A stretch of DNA of 64,000 nucleotides from Scyliorhinus canicula (GCF_902713615.1 NW_024056010.1:882378-946377); one strand, 5' to 3'. Shown: positions 12,410 through 25,720, counted from the first letter of the stretch. The notes: generated by a model from the letters alone, not told the origin. Made by a program: numbers and translations.

Positions 12410-13299
12410 AACTGAGTAAATCCTCTCCCACACTGAGAGCAGATGAATGGCCTCTCCCCAGTGTGAACTCGCTGGTGTCTCCACAGGTGGGATAACTGAG
12501 TGAATCCCTTCCCACACTGAGAGCAGGTGAACGGCCTCTCCCCAGTGTGAACTCGCTGGTGTCTCCGCAGGGTGGATGAATCAATAAATTCCTTTCCACA
12601 CTGAGAGCAGGAGAATGGCCTCTCCCCAGTGTGAACTCGTTGGTGTCTCCGCAGGTCAGATACTTCACGAAATCCTTTCCCACACTGACAACAGTTGAAC
12701 GGCTTCTCCCCAGTGTGAACTCGCTGGTGTTTCTGCAGGTCGGATACCTCAGTAAATCCCTTCCCACACTGAGAGCAGGTGAATGGTCTTTCCCCAGTGT
12801 GAAATCGCTGGTGTCTCTGTAGGGTGGATAACTGAGTGAATCCTTTCCCACACTGAGAGCAGATGAATGGCCTCTCCCCGGTGTGAACTCGCTGGTGTCT
12901 CCGCAGGTCGGATACTTCACTAAATCCTTTCCCACACTGAAAACAGGTGAACGGCCTCTCCCCAGTGTGAACTCGCTGGTGTTTCTGCAGGTCGGATACT
13001 TCACTAAATCCTTTCCCACACTGGGAGCAGGTGAATGGCCTCTCCCCAGTGTGAACCCGCTGATGTCTCAATAGGTGGGACGAATCACATAATCCTTTCC
13101 CACATTGGGAGCAGGTGAACGGCCTCTCCCCAGTATGAACTCGCTGGTGTGACTGCAGGTTGGATAATTGAGTAAATCCTTTCTCACACTGGGAGCAGGT
13201 GAACGGCCTCTCCCCAGTGTGACTGCATCGATGAGTCTCCAGCTGAGATGGGAATCTGTATCCCTTCCCACAGTCCCCACATTTCCACCGTTTCTCCAT
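12394..13299 (-). CDS. C2H2 zinc-finger protein, 10 complete fingers plus an 11th truncated by a SINE; no KRAB seen
   Basis: Repeated CxxC...HxxxH fingers with TGERPF linkers. The C-terminal FFFLI* is read from the antisense poly(A) tail of the inserted SINE. Confidence 0.85.
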   Translation of the reverse strand: MEKRWKCGDCGKGYRFPSQLETHRCSHTGERPFTCSQCEKGFTQLSNLQSHQRVHTGERPFTCSQCGKGLCDSSHLLRHQRVHTGERPFTCSQCGKGFSEVSDLQKHQRVHTGERPFTCFQCGKGFSEVSDLRRHQRVHTGERPFICSQCGKGFTQLSTLQRHQRFHTGERPFTCSQCGKGFTEVSDLQKHQRVHTGEKPFNCCQCGKGFREVSDLRRHQRVHTGERPFSCSQCGKEFIDSSTLRRHQRVHTGERPFTCSQCGKGFTQLSHLWRHQRVHTGERPFICSQCGRGFTQFFFLI

Positions 13300-13418
13300 G
13301 TTTTGGGTTTCCTCGTGTCTCTCCAGGTTGGGTAATTACAGATACAACACGGGTATGGTCTCTTCCCGCTGTGAATGTTGTTATGTTTTTCAGGCTGTGT
13401 AACTGGTTCAACCTCTTT

Positions 13419-13738
13419 CCACAGTTAGTTCACTGGAACACTCTCACTCGGGTGTGTGTTGTGTGGGTCTCGGTGCTTTTCCAGTCACACTGATGTTTCC
13501 ACAGTCAGTTCACCGGAACACTCTCACTCGGGTATGTGTTGTGTGGGTCTCGGTGCTTTTCCAGTCACACTGATGTTTCCACAGTCAGTTCACTGGAACA
13601 CTCTCACTCGGGTGTGTGTTGTGTGGGTCTCGGTGCTTTTCCAGTCACACTGATGTTTCCACAGTCAGTTCACTGGAACACTCTCACTCGGATGTGTGTT
13701 GTGTGGGTCTCGGTGCTTTTCCAGTCACACTGATGTTT
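13419..13738 (-). repeat. 4 x 80-bp tandem repeat derived from a decayed zinc finger
   Basis: Period 80 (13419, 13499, 13579, 13659); the minus strand reads like ...THTRVRVFQ*TDCG. Confidence 0.9.
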
Positions 13739-14072
13739 GAAATGTTTAGAAGCTGACAGTTCGGGCAATCAGTTCTTATTCTAGATTCAAAGGCAGATGA
13801 TATTCAGAGTCCGATGATATTCAGGTTCCAAGCAATTGCGTGACTCTGTCAGATCGTGATGTAACGTTTGAGATTTCTGTCTGTAATTCCTCCTCATCTA
13901 ATATCCTGTGAAAACAATATACCAAAGTCATCATTGTTAGTACAGGATAGAAACTCAGACAGACAATTCTAGTTCCGACGGAACATAATTTCCTCTCTCG
14001 TTCTCCAAAGGCTGTAAATCTCCATCCCACACAATCTCCCTCCATTCTCACTCTGCTGTATCTAATATTCAC

Positions 14073-14138
14073 CCTCCCAATTCTCCTGAAGGTGCTGGTT
14101 GATGTGGATTGACAGATCCAAGCTCAGCTCTCTGCTTC
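14073..14138 (-). other. Probable upstream non-coding exon of the zinc-finger gene (main exon acceptor at 13905)
   Basis: cag|GAAGCAG...GGAGG|GTGAAT; the downstream acceptor ttttcacag|GATATT is also present in the paralog at ~245. Confidence 0.45.
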
Positions 14139-14559
14139 CTGACCAGGACACAGAGATTATAATAGGAGCAAGACTAGGCTATTCGGCCCACTGAGTCTGC
14201 TCAACTATTCAATGAGATGCTTTGGCCGATCTACCTCACCACCGTTTTCCTACACTATCCCCCATATCCCTCGACATCTTCAATATCTAGAAACCTATCA
14301 GTCTGTGTCTTGAAAATACTTGATGACTGAAGCTCCAGAATCCTCGGGGGTACAGAATTCCAAACCTTCACCACATTCTCGAGTAAAGAAATCCCTCCTC
14401 ATCTCAGCTTTCTCTCCATTTTCCTGCCAGTTCCCCATAACACTCGACACCCTCTATCAGAAATCTGTCTGTGGGGGAGGGGGCAGGGGTCAGCCATGTG
14501 ATACGGGTGCGGGAGTAGCTGCTTTTCAGCAGGTTCTGGTGCCACTCACCTATAATCTG

Positions 14560-15870
14560 TCACTTATCCCGATTGCCCGGCACTATTCTACCTAATCCTT
14601 GAATTCATATTTGTTATCGTGTCCCTGGAACACTTCAGAGTTCGGCCTGGTAGGATTATGCCGGAAAAAGTGAAGATATGCGTCGATAAAACAGCGCTGG
14701 CAGATTCTGTGGGAATGTTGTCTTTTCAACATGGCGGCCTGACCCTCAGGAGGTCTCTCGACCCCGCGCTCTCCGGGGCTCTGGGAGGTGGCGAAAATGA
14801 TGACTGCCGACATTATCCGTGTTATTGACCAGAATGTGCTCATGAGGCCCAGCTGTAAAACGCCATGAAGTGGCTCGATGATCCGGAGGAGAGAATCCTG
14901 ACCATTCAGCAAGATGCCTCCTCAACGGCGGCAAGAATTCAATCCTTTGAAAAGCTGCCAAGTGGCTGGCGGAGGTCCTGGAGGACCGAGGGTCGGAGAA
15001 AGAGCATCCGAGTCATCGGCCTGTCCGATGGTCATCATAGAATTTACAGTGCAGAAGGAGGCCACTCGGCCACCAAGTCTACGCCTTGGAAACAGCACCC
15101 CACCCAAGCCCATACCTCCATCCCATCCCCGTAACCCCATGTAACCTTTTATTTGGGCACTAAGGGATATTTATCATGGCCAATCCACCTAACCTGCACA
15201 TCTTTGGACTGTGGGAGGAAACCGGAGCACCTGAAGTAAACCCACACAAACACAGGGAGAACGTGCAGACTCCGCACAGACAGTGACCCAAGCCGGGAAT
15301 CGATCCTGGGACACTGGAGCTGTGAAGTGACTGTGCTAACCATTGTGCTATGATGCTGCCCATAAATGATGTTATTTTCTGTCCATTTAGTGTAGAGACT
15401 AAGGCTCCCGTTCGGTTCTTCAAGGACTGACTGCCATGTTTTCCCAGGCTGGATGTGAAGCCTGGCCGTTTCAAATTAGAAAGGGTTCATCATATCCTGT
15501 CTTTGAGGCTGAGGGATAGTTTTCATCCCAGGCCTGTTATCATTCACTTCCACAACTTGAGAGAATGTCCTGGAGAGGGAGCGGCGAGGTGGCACCTGGC
15601 TCCAGGAAAGAGGGAAGATTTACTTCTTCCAGGACTTTTTGGCAGCAACACAAAGCGTTGAGGCTTCGATGAAGTTCAAAGGCAGCTCAAGGCTGTGGGG
15701 AGTGAATTACGTCAGGCTTTATCCTGAGACCCGAAAAATGGTCTCCAACAAATCCATCAAGTCTTTCAATAATCCAACTATTGCCTTGACCTTCATTAAA
15801 TCAATGAAGGGCAAGGATCTGGAGGGATGGTTTGCAGCTCGGACTAACTAAGGTTCTAATCAGGACTCTT
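14560..15870 (+). mobile_element. Degenerate L1-type ORF1 fragment interrupted by a SINE
   Basis: Coiled-coil segment, RRKSIRVIGL, PRPVIIHFH and VRLYPE motifs. Confidence 0.6.
15037..15362 (-). mobile_element. V-SINE (HE1-like)
   Basis: Same core and tail. Confidence 0.88.
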
Positions 15871-16139
15871 TCCGTGTCATGGTGTTGTCTGAATTTCAGA
15901 ATCACAGAAATACACATAGGGACAGGAGTAGGCCATTCAGCCCCTCGAGTCTGTCCTGCCATTTAGTGAGATCATTTCTGATCTGTGACCTATCCCTGAA
16001 TATCTTTGCTAAAGAAAACTCTATCTCAGATTTAAACTTAACAACTGATCCAGCTTCACCTGCTGTTTGTGGGAGAGAGTTCCAAACCTCTCCCACCCTG
16101 TGTGTGAAGAAGTTCTTCCTAATATCTGTAGAGATAGAG

Positions 16140-16418
16140 ATAGATAGAGAAATACAGCACAGAACAGCCCTTCGGCCCACGATGTTGCACCGAACTTTTG
16201 TCCTAGGTTAATCATAGAATTTGGACACTTTTTCATGGCCAATCCACCCAACCTGCACATCTTTGGACTGTTGGAGGAAACCGGAGTACCCGGAGGAAAC
16301 CCACGCAGTCACGGGGAGGATGTGCAGACTCCACACAGACAGTGACCCAAGTCAAAATCGAACTTGGGACCCTGGAGCTGTGAAGCAATTGTGCTATCCA
16401 CAATGCTACCATGCTGCC
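16140..16418 (-). mobile_element. V-SINE (HE1-like)
   Basis: Same core. Confidence 0.88.
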
Positions 16419-16794
16419 CTTAAGAAGTTAACCTACGCTCCATTATTCTACCCTAATCCACGTACCTATCCAATAGCCGTTTGAAGGTCCCTAACGTTTC
16501 CGACTCAACTACTTCCACAAAACTGTACTGGATGGTCTGGTACAAATTTTCAGACAATAATGCCTAGTTTTAGCATCTCCAACCAGTGGAAATAGTTTAT
16601 CTTTATCTACCCTGTCGTTCCCTTTTAATATCTTAAATACTTCAATCAGATCACACCTTAATTGTCTAAATATTCAGCGAAAACAGGCCTAATTGGTGGT
16701 TAAAACTTTGGGTCTGAGCTTCTGCAATCTCTCCCTCACGTCCCACAGCATCCTGGGACACAATTCATCCAGACCTGGTAATCTAATAATCTTA

Positions 16795-17105
16795 TGGGCA
16801 GCACGGTAGCACAGTGGATAGCCCTGCTGCATCACAGCACTAGGCACCTGGGTTCGATTCCAGGCTTGGATCACTGTCTGTGCGGAGTCTGCACATTCTC
16901 CGTGTCTAGGTGGGTTTCCTCTGGGTGCTCCGGTTTCCTCCCACAAGTCCCGAACATGAGCTTGTTAGATGAATTGGACATTCTGAATTCTCCCTCTGTG
17001 TACTCGAACAGGCGCCGGAATGTGGCAACAAGGGGATATTCACAGTAACTTCATTGCAGTGTTAATGTCAGCCTCCTTGTGGCACTAATATTAAAGATTA
17101 TTATG
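16795..17105 (+). mobile_element. V-SINE head with an L2-type tail (related copies at 7520-7660, 18140-18340, 18360-18650)
   Basis: V core followed by cgaacaggcgccggaatgtgg...ttcacagtaacttcattgc...ta repeats. Confidence 0.8.
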
Positions 17106-17469
17106 AATGGGCCAAAGGGTCTCTATCCGTGCTGTAAAGAGAGGGAATGAATGAGGAGGACTTTACAGAGAAACTGCCAAAGCCCCAACATTCACCAGCT
17201 CTAAGGACGCACCTTAGCTCCCTTTCCAATCTGAAAGCAGCCTGAGCTGGATTTACATTCCCCTTAATTCATCATTGCTGGGTGATAATCCTGTACTTCC
17301 TTACCTCACACCACTGTGACAGCACCTTCACTACACAGACTGCAGCAACTGACCAAACATCACCTTCCCAGTTATTCCTGAAGGCACCACCTTCCCAACC
17401 TGGCCCCTTGCCTGAGGTGTGGTGATTCCTCAGGTCACATCACCGCCAGTCAGCTCTCTCTCCCGGGAT

Positions 17470-17620
17470 CAGGCCCTGATTCACAGCCGCCTGATTGGGG
17501 AAGCAGAGCGCATGCGCTGGCGTCTTGGTGATGCAACAGCTCGTGGGCGGGACCTGAAGGTTTCTGTTCCCAGCCGGGTCCTAGTGCCCGACGGAAATAA
17601 ACGAGGAACAGGTTTTCAAA
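17470..17620. promoter_or_regulatory. CpG-rich element with an NRF1 palindrome, candidate promoter of the minus-strand ZNF gene
   Basis: AGCGCATGCGCT 17507-17518, ATTGG, GGGCGGGA. Confidence 0.4.
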
Positions 17621-20600
17621 AGGTTTCACCCACTCCCAGCCTGAAGCTGATGTTTGTAGCCTGGAGGTGTCTATGTATCACGTAGACATTCAGTGTGAGA
17701 GGCTGCAGCCTCTATACAGCTACCTGAAGGGGGTTTTCCAAAGGTTGATTACATTGCGTGGTCTTTTCCACTCCATTATCAGGATGTTTGTGTGATATTT
17801 TCTTACCCTCAGCGTGATATTTCTTTATTTAAAATACATTTCAGCAGCAAGTTACTGGTGATTTTTAAAGGATAGAAGGTTATTTATTATCGCACCCTTT
17901 CCCTGGACGTTTGAGCATCTCAGTCTCTCGGCTCTTTCACGCTCACTGACACACGCACAGAAATTAGCTGCAGGTCAAGTTGAAGCTATAATGATGAAAA
18001 TGGAATGTAGACTGCAATCTTTATATCGCTGCAGGCCTGTTGGCTTCTTGTTTAGCTGATACTTTAGCTGGAGGGAAGCGTTTTTAGACACAAATAATTC
18101 TCACGAGTCTCTGAAGCTTCTTGTAGATGAATAGCCAGGAGATTGATTCGCAGGTGGGTTTCCTCCGGGTGTTCTGGTTTTCTCCCACAAGTACCGAAAA
18201 ACGTACTGTTGGGTAATTTGGACATTCCCAATTTTCCCTTCGTGTACCCGAGCAGGCTCCGGAATGTGGCCATTAGGGCTTTTCACAGTAACATTTATTG
18301 GAAGCCAACTTGTGACAATAAGGATTATTATTATTATTAGCATGGACAGAAGATTGGCTAACTATTCGGCAGCACTGTTGCTTCACAGCACCAGGGTCCC
18401 AGGTTCGATACCTGGCTTGGGTCACTGTCTGCATGTTTTTACCGTGTCTTTGTGGGTTTCCTCTGGGTGCTCATTTCCTCCCACAAGTCCCGAAAGACGT
18501 GCTTGTTCGATGAATTGGACGTTCTGAATTCTCCCTCTGTGTACCCATACAGGCGCCAGAATGTGGCGACTTACCAGAGTTTTCACAGTAACTTAATTGC
18601 AGTTTTATTGTAAGCCTACTTGTGACAATAATAAAGATTATTGTTATTATTATAAAAGACAGAAAATTGGGAATGGGGGTATATTCAGAATGGTAGCTTA
18701 GAACTAGTGGAGTGCCACAGTGATCCATACTGGGGCCACAGTTATTCACCATGTATATTAATGACTTGGACGAGGGAAGTGATTGGATTGGATTTGTTTA
18801 TTGTCACGTGTACCCAGGTACAGTGAAAAGTATTTTTCTCCAAGCAGCTCAACAGATCATTCAGTACATGGGAAGAAAAGGGAATTAAACAAAATTCAAG
18901 AAAATACAAGAAAATACATAATAGGGCAACACAAGATATACAATGTAACTACATAACCATTGGCATCGGATGAAGCATACAAGATGTAGTGTTAATGAGG
19001 TCAGTCAATAAGAGGGCCATTTAGGAGCCTGGTGACAGTGGGGAAGAAGCTGTTTTTGAGTCTGTTCGTGCATGTTCTCAGATTTCTGTATCTCCTGCCC
19101 AATGGAAGAAGTTGGAAAAGTGAGTAAGCCGGGTCGGAGGGATCCTTGATTATGCTGCCCACTTTCCCCCGGCAGCGGGAGGTGTAGATGGAGTCCATGG
19201 ATGGGAGGCAGGTTTGTGTGATGGACTGGGCAGTATTCACGACTCTCTGAAGTTCCTTGGGGTCCTGGGCCGAGCAGTTGATATACCAGGCTGTGATGCA
19301 GCCCGATAGGATGCTTTCTATAGTGCATCTGTAAAAGTTGGCAAGGGTTAATGTGGACATGCCGAATTTCCTTAATTTCCTGAGGAAGTATAGGCGCTTT
19401 CTTGGTGATAGCGTTGACGTGAGTGGACCAGGACAGATTTTTGGTGATGTGCACCCCTAGGAATTTGAAACTGCTAACCATCTCCACCTCGGCCCCGTTG
19501 ATGCTGACAGGGGTGTTAAATACTTTGCTTTCTGAAGTCAATGACTGGCTCTTTAGTTTTGCTGGCGTTGAGGGAGAGATTGTTGTCGTTACACCACTCC
19601 ACTAGGTTCTCTATCTCCCTCCTGTATTCTGACTCGTCGTTATTCGAGATCCAGCCCACTATGGTCGTATCGTCAGCAAACTTGCAGATGGAGTTGAAAC
19701 CAAGTTTTTAAAAAAATAATTTTTATTAAGGTTTTCAAAAACATATCAAAAACATAAAATAACAGCAAGAAAACCGTATTAACAACAGCAAAAAGAAATA
19801 ACACAATAACCCCCAAGACCAAATCCCCCCCCCCCCCCAAGTAACTACAAATAGAAGAAATAGATAAGATCGCTGTTATAACCCCCTTGTTCAAGAAAGG
19901 ATCAAGACAAAAGATGGAAAATTATAGGCCAATTAGCCTAACCTCGGTTGTTGGTAAAATTCTAGAATCGATCGTTAAGGATGAGATTTCTAAATTCTTG
20001 GAAGAGCAGGGTCGGATTAGAACAAGTCAACATGGATTTAGTAAGGGGAGGTCGTGCCTGACGAACCTGTTAGAATTCTTTGAGGAGGTGACAAGTAGGT
20101 TAGACCAGGGAAACCCAGTGGATGTGGTCTATCTGGATTTCCAAAAGGCCCTTGATAAGGTGCCACACAGGAGGCTGCTGAGTAAGGTGAGGGCCCATGG
20201 TGTTCGAGGTGAGCTACTGGCATGGGTTGAGGATTGGCTGTCTGACAGAAGGCAGAGAGTTGGGATAAAAGGTTCTTTTTCGGAATGGCAGCCGGTGACC
20301 AGCGGTGTCCCACAGGGTTCAGTGTTGGGGCCGCAGCTGTTCACCATATATATTAATGATTTGGATGAAGGGACTGGGGGCATTCTAGCGAAGTTTGCCG
20401 ATGATACGCAGTTAGGTGGTCAGGCAGGTAGTGCTGAGGAAGTGGGGAGGCTGCAGAAGGATCTAGACAGTTTGGGAGAGTGGTGCAGGAAATGGCTGAT
20501 GCAATTCAACGTGAGAAAATGTGAGGTCTTGCACTTTGGAAAAAAGAATCCAAGCATAGACTACTTTCTAAACGGTGAGAAAATTCATAATGCCAAAGTA

Positions 20601-21219
20601 CAAAGGGATCTGGGAGTGCTAGTCGAGGATTCCCTAAAGGTAAACATGCAGGTTGAATCTGTGATTAAGAAAGCGAATGCAATGTTGTCATTTATCTCAA
20701 GAGGGTTGGAATATAAAAGCAGCGATGTGCTATTGAGCCTTTATAAGGCTCTGGTTAGGCCCCATTTGGAGTACTGTGTCCAGTTTTGGGCCCCACATCT
20801 CAGGAAGGACATACTGGCACTGGAGCATGTCCAGCGGAGATTCACACGGATGATCCCTGGAATGGCGGGTCTAACATATGATGAACGGCTGAGGATCCTG
20901 GGATTGTATTCATTGGAGTTTATTATTTTTTAAAAATAATTTTTATTGAAAGAATTTTTTACATGAAGATATTTACCCCAACTAACTATAAAATATTACA
21001 AAATATTCCCTCTTAATAAATATCCCCCCCCCGCCCGAACTCGCGCGCGCGTTGTCCCTCCCCCCCTCCCCCCTCCCCCAAAAACAAACAAAGCAACAAT
21101 CAACATCAAACATGAACTGCGAGCAAATTTGCCCGCATTTCAACCGTAAATAACCCACCACAACCGTTGTTGCCACCCCCCCCTCCCCCCCGGGTTGCTG
21201 CTGCTGCGACCTCTGTACC

Positions 21220-24200
21220 CTATCTCTGAGCCAAAAAGTCGAGGAAAGGCTGCCACCGCCTGAAGAACCCTTGTACCGACCCTCTCAGGGCGAATTTGAC
21301 CCTTTCCAACTGAATAAAGCTTGCCATGTCATTAATCCAAGTTTCCACGCTTGGAGGCCTCGCGTCCTTCCACTGTATTAGTATGCTTCTTCGAGCAACT
21401 AGGGACGCAAAGGCCAGTACTCCGGCCTCTCTCGCCTCCTGTACCCCCGGCTCCACCCCAACCCCAAAGATCGCAAGTCCCCATCCTGGTTTGACCCTGG
21501 ATCCCACCACCCTCGACACCGTCCTTGCCACCCCCTTCCAGAACTCCTCCAGTGCCGGACATGCCCAAAACATATGGACATGGTTCGCTGGACTTCCCGA
21601 ACACCTGACACATCTGTCCTCACCCCCAAAGAACCGACTCATCCTTGTCCCCGTCATATGGGCTCTATGTAGCACCTTAAATTGAATGAGGCTAAGCCTC
21701 GCACACGAGGAGGAAGAATTAACCCTCTCCAGGGCATCAGCCCATGTCCCATCCTCTATCTGTTCTCCCAGCTCCCCCTCCCACTTGGCTTTCAGCTCCT
21801 CTACTGATGCCTCCTCTGCCTCCTGCATTACTTTGTAGATGTCCGATATCCTCCCCCCTCCGACCCAGACCCCCGAGAGCACCCTATCACTCGCCCCCCT
21901 ACTGGGGAGCAAGGGAAACCCTTCCACCTGGCGTCTAGCAAATGTCTTCACCTGCAAATGTCTAAACATGTTTCCCGGGGGGAGCCCGAATTTCTCCTCC
22001 AGCTCTCTCAGGCTCGCAAACCTCCCATCTACAAACAGATCCTTCAGCTGCCTGATGCCCACCCTGTGCCAGCTCTGAAATCCCCCGTCCATGTTCCCCG
22101 GGATGAATCTATGGTTCCCTCTTAACGGTGCCTCCATCAGACCTCCCACTTCCCCCCTGTGTCGCCTCCACTGCCCCCAGATCTTGAGGGTGGCCGCCAC
22201 CACCGGGCTCGTGGTGTACCTCGTGGGAGGGAGCGGCCATGGCGCCGTTACTAGGGCCCCCAGGCTTATGTTGCCACAGGACGCCCTCTCCATTCGTTTC
22301 CAAGCTGCCCCCTCCCCTTCCATCATCCACTTGCGCACCATCGATACATTTGCCGCCCAGTAATACCCCGAAAGATTGGGTAATGCCAGCCCTCCACTAT
22401 CCCTACTCCGCTCCAAGAAGACCCTCCTCACCCTTGGGGTGCCGTGCGTCCACACGTAGCTCATGATGCTACTCGTCACCTTTTTGAAGAAGGCCCTAGG
22501 GAGGAAGATGGGCAAGCACTGAAATAAAAACAAAAACCTCGGGAGGACCGTCATTTTAACGGACTGCACTCTGCCCGCCAGCGACAGCGGCACCATGTCC
22601 CACCTTTTAAATTCCTCCTCCATCTGTTCCACCAGCCTGGAGAAGTTCAGCTTGTGGAGAGTCCCCCAGTTCCTTGCCACCTGCACCCCTAAATATCTAA
22701 TACTCTTTCCTGCTCTCTTAAACGGGAGTCTCCCGATTCCCTCTTCCTGGTCCCCTGGGTGTATCACAAATACCTCACTCTTGCCCAAGTTTAGCTTGTA
22801 CCCCGAAAAGTCCCCAAATTCTGCTAGCAGTTCCATCACCTCTGGCATTCCCCCTTCTGGGTCTGCCACGTATAGCAGCAGGTCGTCCGCGTATAGCGAT
22901 ACCCGGTGCTCCTCCCCGCCCCTTGTCAGCCCTCTCCACCCCCCTGAGCCCCTCAGTGCCATCGCCAACGGTTCAATTGCCAGTGCGAAGAGCAGGGGGG
23001 ACAAGGGGCACCCCTGTCTGGTCCCCCGGTGGAGCCCAAAATACTCCGATCTCCTACCATTCGTCACTACACTTGCCGTCGGGGCCGAATAGAGCAGCTT
23101 CACCCATTTAATAAATCCCTCCCCAAATCCAAACCGTTCCAGCGTCTCCCACAGGTACTTCCACTCCACCCTATCAAATGCTTTCTCCGCGTCCAATGCC
23201 ACCACTATCTCCGCCTCACCCTCCACTGCCGGCATCATGATGACGTTTAGCAGTCTCCGCACGTTCGTATTAAGCTGCCGCCCTTTCACAAAACCCGTCT
23301 GGTCCTCATGTATCACCCCTGGCACACAATCCTCTATCCTGGTAGCCAGGATCTTTGCCAGCAACTTGGCGTCCACATTCAGGAGCGAGATAGGCCTATA
23401 TGACCCACACTGCACGGGGTCCTTGTCCCGCTTCAAGATCAGAGAGATCAGTGCCTGCGACATTGTCGGGGGCAGAGCCCCCCCCCCTCCCATGCCTCGT
23501 TGAAGGCTCGTACCAGCACAGGGCCCACCAAATCCGCATATTTTTTGTAAAATTCCACCGGGAACCCGTCTGGCCCCGGCGCCTTCCCCGTCTGCATATG
23601 CCCAATCCCCTTGACTAGCTCCTCTAACCCTATCGGCGCCCCCAGCCCCTCTACCAGCTCCTCTTGGACCTTGGGGAACCTCAATTTGTTCAAGAAGCCC
23701 TCTATCCCCCCTCCCCTCGTCGGCGGCTCTGACCGATACAGCTCCTTATAGAAGTCTCTGAAGACCCCATTTACTTCTGGCCCCTTCTGCACTACGTTCC
23801 CACCCCTCTCCCTCACTCCCCCAATTTCTCTAGCCGCATCCCGCTTGCGGAGCTGATGCGCCAACATCCTACTCGCCTTCTCCCCATATTCATAAATCGC
23901 GCCCTGCGCCCTTCTCCACTGTGTCTCTGCCTTTCTGGTGGTCAACAGGTCGAACTTAGCCTGCAAACTGCGCCGTTCCCCCAACAGCCCCTCCTCTGGT
24001 GCCTCCGCATATCTCCTATCCACGTCCAAAAGCTCCCCCACCAGCCTCTCCCTCTCCTGTCTCTCCCTCCTTTCCCTATGTGCCCGTATGGAGATCAGCT
24101 CCCCCCGGATCACCGCCTTCAGGGCCTCCCAGACCATCCCCACCTGCACCTCCCCCGTGTCATTAGTGTCCAGATATCTTTCAATGCTTTTCCGGACCCT

Positions 24201-25017
24201 CTTACACACCTCCTCATCCGCCAGCAACCCCACATCCAGGCGCCACAGCGGACGCTGGTCTCGCGTCTTCCCCATTTCCAAATCTACCCAGTGTGGCGCA
24301 TGGTCTGAGACCGCTATGGCCGAGTACTCCACTTCCCGTACTTTCGGGATCAGTCCCCTGCTCAATACAAAAAAGTCAATTCTAGAATAGACTCTGTGGA
24401 CATGGGAGAAAAAGGAATACTCCCTCGCCCTCGGCCTCCCAAACCTCCAGGGATCTACCCCTCCCATCTGCTCCATAAACCCCTTTAACACTTCTGCCGC
24501 TGCCGGCCTCCTACTCGTCCTTGAACTCGATCTGTCCAGCACGGGGTCCAGCACTGTGTTGAAGTCCCCCCCCATGATCAGGCCCCCTGCCTCCAGGTCC
24601 GGAATGAGGCCCAGTAGGCGCCTCATGAAGCCAGCGTCGTCCCAATTCGGGGCATACACATTAACCATCACCACTTTCTCCCCCTGTAGCCTACCCTTCA
24701 CCATGACATATCTACCCTCTTTATCCGCCACCACCTCCGCCGCCACGAACGACACCCTCTTCCCTACCAGGATCGCCACCCCCCCGGTTCTTTGCGTCCA
24801 GTCCTGAGTGGAACACCTGTCCCACCCACCCCCTTCTCAGGTGGACCTGGTCCGCCACCTTCAAATGGGTCTCTTGTAGCATTGCTACATCCGCCTTCAG
24901 TCTCTTCAAATGCGAGATTACTCTCGTTCTCTTGACCGGCCCATTCAGCCCCCTCACATTCCAAGTGATCAGCCGGGTCGAAGGGCAACCCGCCCCTCTC
25001 CCCTGCCGACTAGCCAT
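21220..25017 (-). pseudogene. L1 ORF2p (endonuclease plus reverse transcriptase) with two frameshifts
   Basis: Three overlapping ORFs (24721-25017, 23448-24779, 21220-23493) join at G-homopolymers near 24780 and 23480. Confidence 0.9.
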
Positions 25018-25720
25018 ATCCTGTCACCTGCTCGCCCCGAGTCAGCCCTCCCCTTCTGACCCGCTCCCCATGGCGATGGCGCCCTCCCCCCACCCCTCCG
25101 GTTCTCAACTTCTCCTCCCTGGCCTTTTCAGCAGCAACCCGGTAGCCCCCCCTTCCCCCCTCCCCTCCCCCCCCCCCCCCCCCACCCCCCTCCCCCCCCA
25201 GGCTAGGACCCTTCCTAGCCGCGATGCACCCTCCATAGTACTTCCGTAAGTCAGGTGGTTTACGCTGACCCGGCTGCCCCTGCCACAATCCGACTCCTCC
25301 CGGCATGGGGGACATCCCCCCCCTTACCACCCCTCCTCGACCCCGCTCCAGCGCGGGAAAGGGAGCCATTGCTGACCACGCCCCTTCCTCCCACCCTCCT
25401 CCCTCCTCTGCCCCGCGCGCGGGAAACCAGAGGAAAACCCGCGCTTTCGCCCTGCCACTCCCCACCCCTCCATCTTCAGTTCCACCCCCGTCCCCGATCC
25501 CACACCGATAAAAAAAACCCCACAAGAAACACATACCCCCGGCACTCCCCCCCCACCCCGCCCCCCCAACATAACATTATAAATAACAGAAAAAAGAAAA
25601 AAACTGGTAGAGAGAAAAAAAGGGTCCAAAAATACGGCCAAGTGAAAATCCAACCAAAAGAAAGCCACGTGTCCAGCTTAAAGTACCAGAGCGGCAACGA
25701 CCGCCAAGTATCCCCTGGTT

